Source of the DNA: Candidatus Xenobia bacterium
GTDB taxonomy: Bacteria > Vulcanimicrobiota > Xenobia > Xenobiales > QWHO01
Direction of reading: 5' to 3'
DNA: 64,000 nt
NCBI GenBank assembly: GCA_045863235.1
Contig: BTUM01000006.1
Coordinates: forward strand, 32,001 to 96,000
Shown here one piece after another: positions 19,342 through 29,183 of the stretch (position 1 is the stretch's first letter; every line of letters begins with the position of its first letter). Below the pieces are notes generated by a model. The model did no database searches, was not told the origin of the DNA, and was given only the letters and a program-made list of their open reading frames with translations. The position numbers and the translations under genes are program-made.

Positions 19342-21462
19342 TCAGACTCCCCAGCCGGTCAGCTCCCACGACTCGAGCAGGGCATGATAGGTGGGCAACA
19401 CGCCGTAGGTCTTGATCAAAGCCGCCGCCCAGCGCTGGGTCACGGCGTCGGCTGTGGCCTTGCCCGACAACACGCAGCGGTAGACCCGGTAGTAGCGGCT
19501 TCCGGACTTGCGACTGGAGCTGTGGCACTGAGCTCTCACCGCGCGGATGGCCCACTCGACCTGGGGCAGGCTGAAGTAGAGGGCGGCCGGAGGGTAGCTC
19601 TCGGCGGCTCTGCTCAGCAGGCTCTCGATCTCTTTTTGCAGTCGCGCGATGTCGGGAGAGATCAGCTTGCGGCGGCGGGAGAGCTCGTCGCGGCGGCGCT
19701 CGGCCGGCGAGATGGTGAAGATGTTGAGGCTGTCCCAGACGGTCACCTCGCTCCTGGCCTGCTCGAGCTCTTGCGCCACCCGCTGCTCGGTGGCGATCAG
19801 CTCGTGCAGGTTGGTCACCATGGCCGGAAAGTCGGTGCCCTGCAGCCGGTGGGCCAGCATTCCGGCCAACTGGGTGGGGGAGACCGGAGGATAGCCGGCC
19901 ACCGGGTCGGGCTTGACCTCCAGGTCGAGGGGGACGGCCGCGGCTACCTGCTTGAGGAAGTCGAGATAGGTCCCGCGCAGTCCGTACTCGTTGAGGATGA
20001 CCAGCAGGGCCTGGTAGAGGCGCAGGCAGTGCTCCTGGTTGTGCACCGGACAGGATTTCGGCTGACCGCTGCTGCCGCTGTCGGTGTGCATGCGGCTGAC
20101 GCCTTCCACCAGGGTCTGGGCCGCATCGCGCAGCCGGAAGCCCAGCAGCACGTGGGCTGCCTCACGGGTGGCCTGCACCAGGGCGCGTTCGGCTTCTTGC
20201 AGGGCGTGCTCGTGCCACTCGCGCCGCTGGCTCAGCTCGAGCAAGCGCTTTTGAGGCTCGCTGCTCTTCCAGAAGGCAAGTTGATCGACCGGAGAGACCA
20301 GCCTCTTCGTCTTGCTGACCTCGGCCTGGAGCGCGGCCACCATCAGGGCGTGGCTCAAGGCTCGCTCGCGCTGCCTCGAGGCGTGACCCCGATTCACCTG
20401 GTCGAGGAAGGCCTTGAGGGGACCGGCCGGGGGCGCGGCCGGTACCACGTATTCGCGCGGCAGCTTGATGGCCGGAAAGGCCTTCCGGAAGGCTTCATGC
20501 AGCCGGCGCAGGGAGGCCAGAACCAGATGACGAGAGGCCACCACGGGAGCCATCACCACCTTGCCCTGTATCCCCAGAGTCTCCTCGTGCGCGACGCGCA
20601 CCCGAGCGAGCAGCGATTGGGCCTCCAAGGCCCGCAGGTAGATGCCCAGGGGCGGGAAGGCGGACAGGGCCCGGTAGGCCTGCTCGCGGATCTCCTCGCT
20701 GCGGCGGAAGAGCTCGCTGCGCGAGGAGGACAAGAGCAGCTTGAGCTCCTCCTCTCGAGCCTCGGCGGGGCTCTTCTCCAGCACGTTGATGCGCTCGAAG
20801 GCGGAGATGACCGAGGAGACCTCGCGCAGCTCGGCCTCCAGCTTGACCACCCTGGCGGCCACCTCGCCCTGGGCTTTCAAGAGCGGAAAGATGGCCGGGC
20901 CGAGCTGGCGAGCAACCAGGGGTCGCAGGCTCTGGGAGTTGATGGGGGGATAGCCGGCTGGCCATTCGGTGGGAGCTTCGCGGGCGGCCAGCTCGCGGCA
21001 GACGGCCTCGTCGCTCAGGCCGCGCAGCACGTCTTCCCAGTCGAGCTCGGGGGCGAACTGGGACAGCACCTTGTCGGCCAGGGCCTGCAGGCTGGCCGCC
21101 AGAGGCCGGGTGCGGGGCGGATTGAGCCACAGGTCGCGGCGCGCCTGGCGCAGTACCAGCTCGATGGCCGAGGCCAGCTCCAGCTCGATCGTCTCGTAGC
21201 GCAGGCCTCGCAGCTGCTCTTCGATGGTGGCGTCCACCGCCTTGATCTCCGAGCGCACCTTGCGATGCTCGGCTTTGAGGGCGTTCAGCTTGACCTCGTC
21301 GGGGGTCAGGTGGAGCACGTTGAGGCGGTCCCAACTGGGGATGCGCTGCTCCAGGCTGAAAATCTGGGCCTCGAGCTGGCGGTCGCGCTCGAGCAGAGCT
21401 CTCTCTTGCTCGAACTTCTCCACGATGCCCAGCTCGCGCAGCCGGTCGGAAAGCCAGTCCAT
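19342..21462 (-). CDS. Hypothetical coiled-coil protein with internal repeats
   Basis: 706 aa with good codon usage. Repeated W/F-D/E-x-L/I-N-V/I…S/T-P-x-E and AGYPP motifs. Confidence 0.8.
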   Translation of the reverse strand: MDWLSDRLRELGIVEKFEQERALLERDRQLEAQIFSLEQRIPSWDRLNVLHLTPDEVKLNALKAEHRKVRSEIKAVDATIEEQLRGLRYETIELELASAIELVLRQARRDLWLNPPRTRPLAASLQALADKVLSQFAPELDWEDVLRGLSDEAVCRELAAREAPTEWPAGYPPINSQSLRPLVARQLGPAIFPLLKAQGEVAARVVKLEAELREVSSVISAFERINVLEKSPAEAREEELKLLLSSSRSELFRRSEEIREQAYRALSAFPPLGIYLRALEAQSLLARVRVAHEETLGIQGKVVMAPVVASRHLVLASLRRLHEAFRKAFPAIKLPREYVVPAAPPAGPLKAFLDQVNRGHASRQRERALSHALMVAALQAEVSKTKRLVSPVDQLAFWKSSEPQKRLLELSQRREWHEHALQEAERALVQATREAAHVLLGFRLRDAAQTLVEGVSRMHTDSGSSGQPKSCPVHNQEHCLRLYQALLVILNEYGLRGTYLDFLKQVAAAVPLDLEVKPDPVAGYPPVSPTQLAGMLAHRLQGTDFPAMVTNLHELIATEQRVAQELEQARSEVTVWDSLNIFTISPAERRRDELSRRRKLISPDIARLQKEIESLLSRAAESYPPAALYFSLPQVEWAIRAVRAQCHSSSRKSGSRYYRVYRCVLSGKATADAVTQRWAAALIKTYGVLPTYHALLESWELTGWGV

Positions 21463-21522
21463 GGTTGAAGGCGTTTCGAGCCCGCCGGGAGGACTCCTAC
21501 AGTTGCGCGCCTTGACAAGATC

Positions 21523-21551
21523 AGAGTATCAATGCGTGCAACGACAGACAA
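21523..21551 (-). promoter_or_regulatory. Putative sigma70 promoter TTGTCT-N17-TACTCT (TG-extended)
   Basis: Correct spacing, about 60 nt upstream of the ATG at 21462. Confidence 0.45.
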
Positions 21552-21591
21552 TCTGCTGAACGGTGCCGCGCTAGTTTCCTAGCGCGGCACC

Positions 21592-22176
21592 CTATTGCCC
21601 GGCGGCCGGCTTGGCGGGGGCGGAAGCCGTTGTATCCTGATCGCGGAAGCTCTCGATGACCTTGCGCAGGTCGTCCTCCTGGCTTCCCCAGCGCGACTTG
21701 AGCGTCCAGGTCAGCATCTGGCAGAAGCTCTTGCCGGTCTCGATCGTGGTATGGATGAAGACCACCTTGATGTTGTCCACGCTGCCATTGATGACGTACT
21801 GAATGGCCGGGCAGCCGTTGATCGTCAGTTTGACCGGCTCGGAGAGCTCGGCGTTCTTCATGCTCGACTCGATGGAGGAGAGGGTCAGCTCGGCGTGCTT
21901 CTCGAGCGTCATGTCCTCGAAGTCTTCCTTCTTCTCGTCGAGCAGCACCACGTAGAGCTCTTTCACCTTCTGGTGGGCGCCCAGGTCAGCCTCGTCATGC
22001 AGGCTGTCGTCGCGGGTCCAGTCGCCCGGCACCACCACCGAAAGCCGCTTGTCGGCCGTGGTGATGGTCTGGGGAGGCTTGTTGGCGTCCATCCCGGCCT
22101 TGACACCCTGGATGATGGCTCCGCAACCGAGCTGGGCCAGCAATCCCAGCAGGACGGCAAATCGAAGAATTCGCAT
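21592..22176 (-). CDS. Lipoprotein, PsbP/DcrB-like fold
   Basis: Lipobox (LAQLG-C), VPGDW, INGCPA and VIESFR. Confidence 0.72.
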   Translation of the reverse strand: MRILRFAVLLGLLAQLGCGAIIQGVKAGMDANKPPQTITTADKRLSVVVPGDWTRDDSLHDEADLGAHQKVKELYVVLLDEKKEDFEDMTLEKHAELTLSSIESSMKNAELSEPVKLTINGCPAIQYVINGSVDNIKVVFIHTTIETGKSFCQMLTWTLKSRWGSQEDDLRKVIESFRDQDTTASAPAKPAAGQ

Positions 22177-22339
22177 CGCTCATGATTCGGGGGCTGGAAG
22201 AGATTGTCCTTGAGTACCGCTTCGTACTCCCTCGCATGGACTGTGCGATGAATTCTCAACAGGTTGAGCTTCGTCGCATCGCCTGTGCCACAACACTTTG
22301 GAAGCGGTTCGAAACGTGGCACGGTCAATGCGACGAAGT

Positions 22340-23740
22340 TTAGGGCCGGGAAAGGCTGAAGAAGAACTCGGTGCCGCCCTGCTCGCGCGGGCGCGCTCCC
22401 AGCTCGTGACCGTGGCGACGCACCACCTCGGAGGCGATGGCCAGCCCCAGCCCGAGGTTCCCCAGGGTCGAAGAGGAGCCAGTGCGCCGGTGGCGCTCGA
22501 AGAGGTCGCTCTGGCTCAGCCCCGGGCCTTCGTCGCGCAGAGCCACGCGCACGGTATCCTCTTGCTCCTCCACGGCCAGCTCCAGCCGGCTGCCGGCCGG
22601 GGAGACCCGGATCGCGTTGTCGAGCAGGTTCTCCACCACGCGCTGCAACTTGCCGGCGTCGCCCATGACCTCGACCTCGTCGGGTCCCACGATGTCCAGG
22701 GTGATGTTCTTCTTGCGCGCTTCCTGCTCGAAATTGTCGCCGGCTGTCTCGAGCAGCGAGACCAGCTCGAAGCGCTCCAGCTTCAGCTCGTAGTAGTCGA
22801 GTTTTTGCAGCTCGATGAGCCGGGAGATGAGCTCGGAGAGCCGACCTGACTCGCGCTCGAGGTTGCGCAACAAGCGCTCGCGGGCTTCGCCGTCGGCTCC
22901 CCGCATGAGCGCTTCCACCGAGCCGCAAAGGCCGGTCACGGGGGTCTTCAGCTCGTGGGCCACGTCTTCCATGAAGTGGCGGGTCTTGAGCTTCTCGTCC
23001 TCGAGCAGGGCCACTTTCTCCTTGAGCGATTGCACCAGGCGGTTGAAGCCTTCGCCGATGGTGGCCAGCTCGCCGCCGCCCTGCACTTCGATCTCTTCGG
23101 GCTCGTCGGCGACCCGCAGGGCCAGGTTGCGCAGGTTCTTGACCGAGCGGCGCAGATGGCCGGAAACGTAGAGGGCGGCCAGAAAGACTCCAAAGGTGAG
23201 CACCACCAGACCGTCGCGGGCGCTGGCCCGCAGGGCTCCCAGGCGTTGCAGGATGCCGTCGGTGGAATGGGACAGGTAGGTCACCCCCACGATCTCCTCG
23301 CCATAGTAGACGGGTACCGCCACGAAGAGTGCCAGCGAGCGCTCGGTTTCATCCGAGTAGCGGGTGTAAGCCGCCCAGCGGCCCTGGTAGGCCTGCTCGA
23401 TCTCGGGGCGGAACCGCAGCGAGGCCTGTCTCTCGGAAGGGATCTCCAGCGAGTCGGCCACCAGGTTGCGCTCGCGGTCGAGCAGGCGCACTCTGGAGCC
23501 GGTGGCGTTCTGGGTGGCCACCAGCTCGCGCCAGATGGCCTCGGCCCGGCCCTCGGCCAGGGGAGCCGAGGCCAGCTCGGCCAGGGCGGTCGCGCTGCTC
23601 AGCATTTCATCTTGCAGTTGGGCCAGGGCGTCGCGCTCGGTCTTACGCAGCAGGGCCAGCAGCAGGCCTGAGCTGGCGATCAGGGTCAGGGCCACCAGCA
23701 GCCAGGGGCCCCACAGGCGGATATTCGGGCGGCCGATCAC
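22340..23740 (-). CDS. HAMP sensor histidine kinase (CreC/PhoR-like)
   Basis: Two TM helices, a HAMP domain, DVAHELKTP, NLLDNA, DEGPG and GLGLAI. Confidence 0.92.
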   Translation of the reverse strand: MIGRPNIRLWGPWLLVALTLIASSGLLLALLRKTERDALAQLQDEMLSSATALAELASAPLAEGRAEAIWRELVATQNATGSRVRLLDRERNLVADSLEIPSERQASLRFRPEIEQAYQGRWAAYTRYSDETERSLALFVAVPVYYGEEIVGVTYLSHSTDGILQRLGALRASARDGLVVLTFGVFLAALYVSGHLRRSVKNLRNLALRVADEPEEIEVQGGGELATIGEGFNRLVQSLKEKVALLEDEKLKTRHFMEDVAHELKTPVTGLCGSVEALMRGADGEARERLLRNLERESGRLSELISRLIELQKLDYYELKLERFELVSLLETAGDNFEQEARKKNITLDIVGPDEVEVMGDAGKLQRVVENLLDNAIRVSPAGSRLELAVEEQEDTVRVALRDEGPGLSQSDLFERHRRTGSSSTLGNLGLGLAIASEVVRRHGHELGARPREQGGTEFFFSLSRP

Positions 23741-24399
23741 CGCCCCACCGAGAGGCGATAACCCAGGCCGCGCACGGTCTCCACCAGCTCCGAGCCCACT
23801 TTCTTGCGAAGGCGCTTGATGGTGGTATCCACGACCCGGTCCTCGCCCTCGAAGTCAAAGCCCCAAACCTTCTCGAGCAACGACTCTCGTCCCAGCACCC
23901 GCTCGCGATGGTCATAGAGCACTCGCAGAACCTCGAACTCGCGGGCGGTGAGGATGATGCGCACGCCTGACTTGTAGACGTCGGCCCGCTGCCAGTCGAT
24001 CTCGACGTCACCCAGGCGCACGCGCACCTCGCCGCTGCCGCGTTTACGCAGGTTGGTCCGCAGCCGGGCCACCAGCTCGCGAGGAGAGAACGGCTTGGTG
24101 ATGTAGTCGTCGGCCCCCAGCTCGAGGGTAGAGACCTTGTCCGACTCGCTGTCTTTGACGGAAACGATCAAGATGGGGGTCTCGGAGGAGCGGCGCAGAG
24201 TGCGCAGCACCTCGAGCCCGCTCAGGCGGGGAAGCATCATGTCGAGTAGTACGGCGTCGGGCTTGTCGAGCTCGAAGCGCTCCACGGCCTCGCGCCCGTC
24301 GCGGGCGATGACGACGCGGTAACCCTCGCCGCTCAAGGTGACGGTCAAGAACTCGGCGATGGACTCGTCGTCTTCGACGATCAGGACGGTTTCTCTCAC
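23737..24399 (-). CDS. OmpR/PhoB family response regulator
   Basis: VLIVEDD, LLDMMLP, GADDYITKPF and a winged helix ending ETVRGLGY. GTG at 24399; overlaps the kinase start. Confidence 0.93.
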   Translation of the reverse strand: MRETVLIVEDDESIAEFLTVTLSGEGYRVVIARDGREAVERFELDKPDAVLLDMMLPRLSGLEVLRTLRRSSETPILIVSVKDSESDKVSTLELGADDYITKPFSPRELVARLRTNLRKRGSGEVRVRLGDVEIDWQRADVYKSGVRIILTAREFEVLRVLYDHRERVLGRESLLEKVWGFDFEGEDRVVDTTIKRLRKKVGSELVETVRGLGYRLSVGR

Positions 24400-24547
24400 G
24401 ATCGGAGCTGACTCCCTGGCAATCTTTGCGCCGCTGGTCGGGCGCAGCCGAAGTCTAACGATTTCCGGTGACAGGGGGGTGACACCTTCAAGATTCCCGG
24501 GCGCAGACTTTCCGAGCTCGCTTTTCTTTGCTAACCTGTTCAGGGGG

Positions 24548-25966
24548 ATGGTGCCCTTGAAACGACATGGAATGGCCCTGCCGACCGCGCTCTTCATGGC
24601 GCTGGTTATCTACTTTTTGTCCACGGTGCTGACCTGGCAGGCCCAGACCAATCAGCGCTTCACTCGTGGCGAGGCCGAACGATCTCACGAGCTTTACGCC
24701 ACCCGCGGCCAGGTCAACCTCTTCATCGCCCGCGTGCTCGAGAATTCGAGCTACGCCGACGCCCACGGCCCGGGCAGCCCGGTGGAGGACGAGGTGGACG
24801 GGAAGACCTACCGCACCTGGTGCCAGCCGGACAGCGGCAATCCGGACGTGCTCCACGTCATCTGCTCGGTGGACGGCAAGTTGACGAGCTATCAGTCCAG
24901 CCGCACCATTGTCAGAACCATCGCCACGGGGATGATCATTTACACCGACGCGGGCGGTGCTGCCGGTCCCCCGGATCTCAAGTGGTATGGCTTGGACGAG
25001 CCCAGCCCCAGCTGGCAAGGGCTGCCCGCTATCCCCCAGCAGGTCTTCCAGCAGAAGGAGGTTCTGAACGCCGGCATTCCCTTCGCCCCCCCACAGTTCG
25101 AGACGGATCCGGTGCTGGTGGACCTGAGCGACCTGGACGCTCCGGCCGAGATCGCTACCTTTGCAGCCTACGGCATTGGCGCGGACGGTGACCTCTTGGC
25201 CATCTACGAGCCCCCGCCCACGAGTCGCAGGACGGGCAGTCCCACCCCACTTGTGAACTACCCGACCATGTTCCGTTTCGACCGCAGCGCCGGCAACTGG
25301 GTCTTGACTCGCATGCCCGTCGATTACGTGCCCACCGGCGCCGTGGGCGCCCGGATCGGCGGTACGGATGGAACCATGGTCGTGGAGGACGCGGACGGCC
25401 TGCTGCTCATGGACGCCGACGGCTCATCCGAGCGCGTGCCGGCTCCTCCCGGCGGCTCCATCCAGACCTTTACCGCCAACAGCGACAACGTTTACGCCCA
25501 GCTGTCCGACGGCTCGCTGGCGCGCTATACCCCGGGAGGCGGGTGGTCCACGATGCTGGCTCCCCAACCTGATGTCTTCACCTCCGGAGGGGAGCTCATC
25601 TCGGGCTCGGGGGCCCCCCCCACCCTGAGCCAGCTCACGGTCAGCCCGAATGGCACCTTGATGGCACTGTGGCAGCGCGACGGGGTGGATACCGTCTTCC
25701 GCTATTACCCTGGCTCGGTGGAAGATGAGGAGCCCCCCCAGTGGGACGCGCGCTTGCCGCTGAGCCTTGGCGAGGACGAGTTCATCGAGGATCTCGATTC
25801 CATCACCGCCATGCCGGGTCGAGTGATCAGCCAGGTGCCCGGCCCTCCCCAGCAGATCTTTGCCGGACGCAGCCCGCTCCCCAGTCCCGGGGCCAACGCT
25901 CCGGTGATCGCCACCGGCATCTACGTGCTGCCCGACAACCGCTACTACGCGGGCGACAGCTACTGA
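24548..25966 (+). CDS. PilX/GspK-like large minor pilin with a beta-rich C-terminal domain
   Basis: KRHG|MALPTALFMALV is a class III-like N-terminus lacking Glu5; adjacent to two pilins. Confidence 0.7.
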   Translation: MVPLKRHGMALPTALFMALVIYFLSTVLTWQAQTNQRFTRGEAERSHELYATRGQVNLFIARVLENSSYADAHGPGSPVEDEVDGKTYRTWCQPDSGNPDVLHVICSVDGKLTSYQSSRTIVRTIATGMIIYTDAGGAAGPPDLKWYGLDEPSPSWQGLPAIPQQVFQQKEVLNAGIPFAPPQFETDPVLVDLSDLDAPAEIATFAAYGIGADGDLLAIYEPPPTSRRTGSPTPLVNYPTMFRFDRSAGNWVLTRMPVDYVPTGAVGARIGGTDGTMVVEDADGLLLMDADGSSERVPAPPGGSIQTFTANSDNVYAQLSDGSLARYTPGGGWSTMLAPQPDVFTSGGELISGSGAPPTLSQLTVSPNGTLMALWQRDGVDTVFRYYPGSVEDEEPPQWDARLPLSLGEDEFIEDLDSITAMPGRVISQVPGPPQQIFAGRSPLPSPGANAPVIATGIYVLPDNRYYAGDSY

Positions 25967-25971
25967 GAGCT

Positions 25972-26340
25972 TTGACCCGCCGCGGCTTCACCTTCGCCGA
26001 GCTGATCCTGTGCCTGGGAATCATGGGCATGGCCCTGCTGGCCCTGGTCAGCGCCGAGATCTATTCCGCCCGGGCCGACCGCGGGGGCTCCCAGCGTCAC
26101 CAGGCCACCATGGTCGCCAGTTCCCTCATGGCTGAGGCCGAGAAGGACCTGCGCCGTGATTTCGGAGCCAGCGTGGCGGCAGGCCGTCAGGCGGTGCCCG
26201 GCAACCCGGGTTACGAATACGAGTTGCTCGAGCAATCCGAGGTGGGTGGGCGGATCAAGCGCCTGCAGGTGAACGTGTTCTGGTCGGATCAACAGGGTGA
26301 CCAGCAATACTCTCTCTGGACCCGGGTGCTCGAGCCTTGA
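25972..26340 (+). CDS. Type IV pilin/pseudopilin (PilV/GspI-like)
   Basis: TTG start; MTRRG|FTFAEL prepilin cleavage motif followed by a hydrophobic helix. Confidence 0.85.
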   Translation: MTRRGFTFAELILCLGIMGMALLALVSAEIYSARADRGGSQRHQATMVASSLMAEAEKDLRRDFGASVAAGRQAVPGNPGYEYELLEQSEVGGRIKRLQVNVFWSDQQGDQQYSLWTRVLEP

Positions 26341-26861
26341 GCCGTCGAGGGCTGACACTCTTCGAGGTGCTGGTCGCCTCCATGCTGCTGGGCGGCATGA
26401 TGCTCGCCAGCCTGATCATCTACACCACCGGCCTGACCAACCAGCGCAAGACGGACAGTCAGACGGACAGTTATCGGGCGGTGATGATGGCCATCAGCCA
26501 CATCCGCTCCGAGCTACGCGGCGGGCAGGTGCTCTTTCCGGCCACCGACAGCGGCCCGCAGCCGACCGCCCGCTACCGCTACCCAAGAATGAGGAACAAT
26601 CTGCCCCGGGTCGACTCCACGGGCTCGCCCATCTGGGCCGGAACCGGCACGTTCGAGCTGCGAGACGGGGGCAAGCTTACCCGCGTCAATCCGGTGGATG
26701 CCCGCACGCTGGCCGAGCTCGGAGAGGACGGCAGCATCACGTTCGAGCGCCCGGACCGTCGCCTGCTCAAGGTCACCGTGGTGGCCGACCGCTATCCCAA
26801 TGACCGTCGACGCAAGAGCCATTACGAGGCGACGGTCGAGATCTATCTGCCCAACAACTGA
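26337..26861 (+). CDS. Type IV pilin/pseudopilin (PilW/GspJ-like)
   Basis: MSRRG|LTLFEVL motif; TTGA coupling to the upstream gene. Confidence 0.85.
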   Translation: MSRRGLTLFEVLVASMLLGGMMLASLIIYTTGLTNQRKTDSQTDSYRAVMMAISHIRSELRGGQVLFPATDSGPQPTARYRYPRMRNNLPRVDSTGSPIWAGTGTFELRDGGKLTRVNPVDARTLAELGEDGSITFERPDRRLLKVTVVADRYPNDRRRKSHYEATVEIYLPNN

Positions 26862-26900
26862 CGGGTAGGATGCGCCCCTGCAGGTCGGGAAGGGGGGGCC

Positions 26901-29183
26901 GTGAGCGTCAAGCCCGAGGCGGTCTGGCCAGGTCTGGGCTCGCTGGTGGCCATCGCTCTGGGCTCGGCCCTGGCGGGTCCCCCGCGGGTGGCTGCGGACA
27001 CGCTGGTGCTGGCTGGACTGGCGGTGGTGCTGGAGGCGATCTCCCCGCGGACCCACAGAACAGCGTTTCTGAGCTTGAGCCTGCCGCTCTATCCGGCGCT
27101 GGCTGTTCAGGGCGGTTTTCGGATGCTGGTGGCGACCGCTCTGCTCGGTCTGTTTCTGCGCAGCCTCCGTCCCCCGCGCGAGCTGCAAGCGGCTTTGCAG
27201 ACTCTCTTCCCGGTGGTGCTGGGGGGGTTGGTGGTGGCTCTGGGCCAGGGCGGTGGGCTGCCGCCCGAGTCTTTGCTGCTGGTGGCGCTGGCCGTGCAGA
27301 TGGCGCTGGAATGGATGGTCAACGGAGGCTACGAGGATGGCCGAGTTTCCTGGGCCAGCCGGCCGATCCAGGCCGGACTGGGAGCGGTGGCCGGCATCCT
27401 GATGCAAGTTCAGCCGGTGGCGGCGCTGGCGCTGGTTCCCTTCCTGGGCATTCCCTGGCTGATTTTTCGCCCCGGCCTGGACAAGATGGAGGTCATGCAG
27501 CGCCACGTGGCCACCCTCCAACTCGAGCTCGAGCAGCGCACCCGCGAGCTGCACTTGATGCTCGAGCTCTCCGACGAGCTGGCCCTGAGCTCGGGACTGG
27601 AGGATGTCCGCGGCGTGCTGCTCAAGATGGCCCTCCAGGTGGCGCCCAGCCGCAGCGGGGTGGTGTTCTCGCAGCGGCTTCGCCCGGTCTTGTTCGAGAG
27701 CCCGGAAGCCGACCGGTTGCGCGAGTACGAGCTGCTGGGCCTGAAGGACTCGACGGTGGAGAAGGCCTGGGCCGAGGGCCGTGTGGTGGCGGGCCATCCC
27801 GAGCAACAGGGCGAGCGGATGCTGCCCCACGAGTCTTACTCTCTGGCTTTCCCCCTCAGCCGCTCCGGGGTGCTCTACCTGGGCCGCAACCAGCCTTTCA
27901 CGGCCATGCAGCTTCAGCTTCTTCGGCTGCTCACCCAGCAAGCCGGCATCGCGCTGGACTCGGCCCGGCAGTTTCGCCGCAACCAGCGCAGCCTTCAGCG
28001 CGTGCGCAAGGCGCGCAAACGCCTGCACGTCTGGGTGTTTCGCCTGTCGCAACTGCTGGATGGCTGCCGTCGCATCGCCTCGGCTCTCGATCGCGAGGCT
28101 CTCGAGCAAGCCCTGCCCGCCGCTTTGCTTCCCCTGTTGCCCCAGCACCGGGCCGTCCTGCGCTGCTTCAAGCCGCTGGATGTCAGCATTCCCCATGACC
28201 TGGACGGGCTGGGGGAGTTCGTGCAGGTGGTGCGCGAGAACCAGACGGCCATTTTGCTCGACCCGGTGGAAGGCACTCGCTTTCACAACCTGGTGATGGG
28301 TTGGGGCTCGCTGATGGGCATTCCGCTGACCTCCGAAGGACAGGTGGATGGCGTGCTGGTGGTGGGGTCCCCCGAGCCCGGGGGGCTCAAGCGCAGCCAC
28401 CAGGACCTGCTGGAGGTGCTGGCTCTGCAGCTGGGCACCACCCTGCGCAACATCGCTCTTTATCAGGAGGTGGTGGAGGCCGAGGCCCGCCTGCTGCAGT
28501 CGAGCAAGATGGCGGCCGTGGGCCAGCTGGCCGCGGGAGTGGCCCACGAGCTGAACACGCCGCTGGGAGTGGTCAAGCTGGGCCTGAGCCAGAGCCTGCG
28601 CTTTCTGGAGGAGAAGCCGGCTCGAGCCCGCACCCTGCTGACCCAGGGGATGGAGGCGCTGGAGTATGCCCAGACCATCATCTCGAAGCTGCTGCACTAT
28701 TCGCGCGAGGGACGGCTGGAGCAGCGTCAGGTCGACCTGGTCCAGGTGATCGAGGATGGGCTGGTCTTCGTGGCTCACACGCTGGATCTCGATCGGGTGC
28801 AGCTGGAGAGAGACCTGCGACCGGTTCCGCCGGTGCGGGGTAATCCCACCGAGCTCCAGCAGGTCGTGGTGAACCTGGTGCTCAACGCTCGCGACGCCAT
28901 GGTCCAGGGAGAGTCCTCTCGTCGGGTGGTGCGGGTTTCGACACGAGCCGACCAGGTGCGGGTGCGGTTGGAGGTGCGCGACTTTGGGCCGGGCCTCACG
29001 GAGGAAGTGCAGGCTCGCATGTTCGAGCCTTTCTACACCACCAAGCCGGTAGGCAAGGGAACCGGGCTGGGCCTCTACATCATCTCCCGCATTGCCCAGC
29101 AGCACGGAGGGTCCTTGAAGGCCGCCAACTGCCCGGATGGAGGAGCCTGTTTCGTGCTCGAGCTACCGGCCGGCCAGGTTTGA
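26901..29183 (+). CDS. Membrane-bound tandem-GAF sensor histidine kinase (paralog of 14614-17043)
   Basis: Same architecture; AAVGQLAAGVAHELNTPL, NLVLNARDA and TTKPVGKGTGLGL. Confidence 0.92.
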   Translation: MSVKPEAVWPGLGSLVAIALGSALAGPPRVAADTLVLAGLAVVLEAISPRTHRTAFLSLSLPLYPALAVQGGFRMLVATALLGLFLRSLRPPRELQAALQTLFPVVLGGLVVALGQGGGLPPESLLLVALAVQMALEWMVNGGYEDGRVSWASRPIQAGLGAVAGILMQVQPVAALALVPFLGIPWLIFRPGLDKMEVMQRHVATLQLELEQRTRELHLMLELSDELALSSGLEDVRGVLLKMALQVAPSRSGVVFSQRLRPVLFESPEADRLREYELLGLKDSTVEKAWAEGRVVAGHPEQQGERMLPHESYSLAFPLSRSGVLYLGRNQPFTAMQLQLLRLLTQQAGIALDSARQFRRNQRSLQRVRKARKRLHVWVFRLSQLLDGCRRIASALDREALEQALPAALLPLLPQHRAVLRCFKPLDVSIPHDLDGLGEFVQVVRENQTAILLDPVEGTRFHNLVMGWGSLMGIPLTSEGQVDGVLVVGSPEPGGLKRSHQDLLEVLALQLGTTLRNIALYQEVVEAEARLLQSSKMAAVGQLAAGVAHELNTPLGVVKLGLSQSLRFLEEKPARARTLLTQGMEALEYAQTIISKLLHYSREGRLEQRQVDLVQVIEDGLVFVAHTLDLDRVQLERDLRPVPPVRGNPTELQQVVVNLVLNARDAMVQGESSRRVVRVSTRADQVRVRLEVRDFGPGLTEEVQARMFEPFYTTKPVGKGTGLGLYIISRIAQQHGGSLKAANCPDGGACFVLELPAGQV

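Noticed and set aside
22255..22345. Integron attC site
   Set aside because: The ends resemble AAC…GTT, but the RYYYAAC/GTTRRRY boxes, spacing and extrahelical bases do not fit. There is no integrase or second site.
23737..24597. Extended, mutually overlapping N-termini of the OmpR regulator and the PilX-like ORF
   Set aside because: Domain boundaries place the starts at 24399 (-) and 24548 (+), leaving a normal divergent gap.
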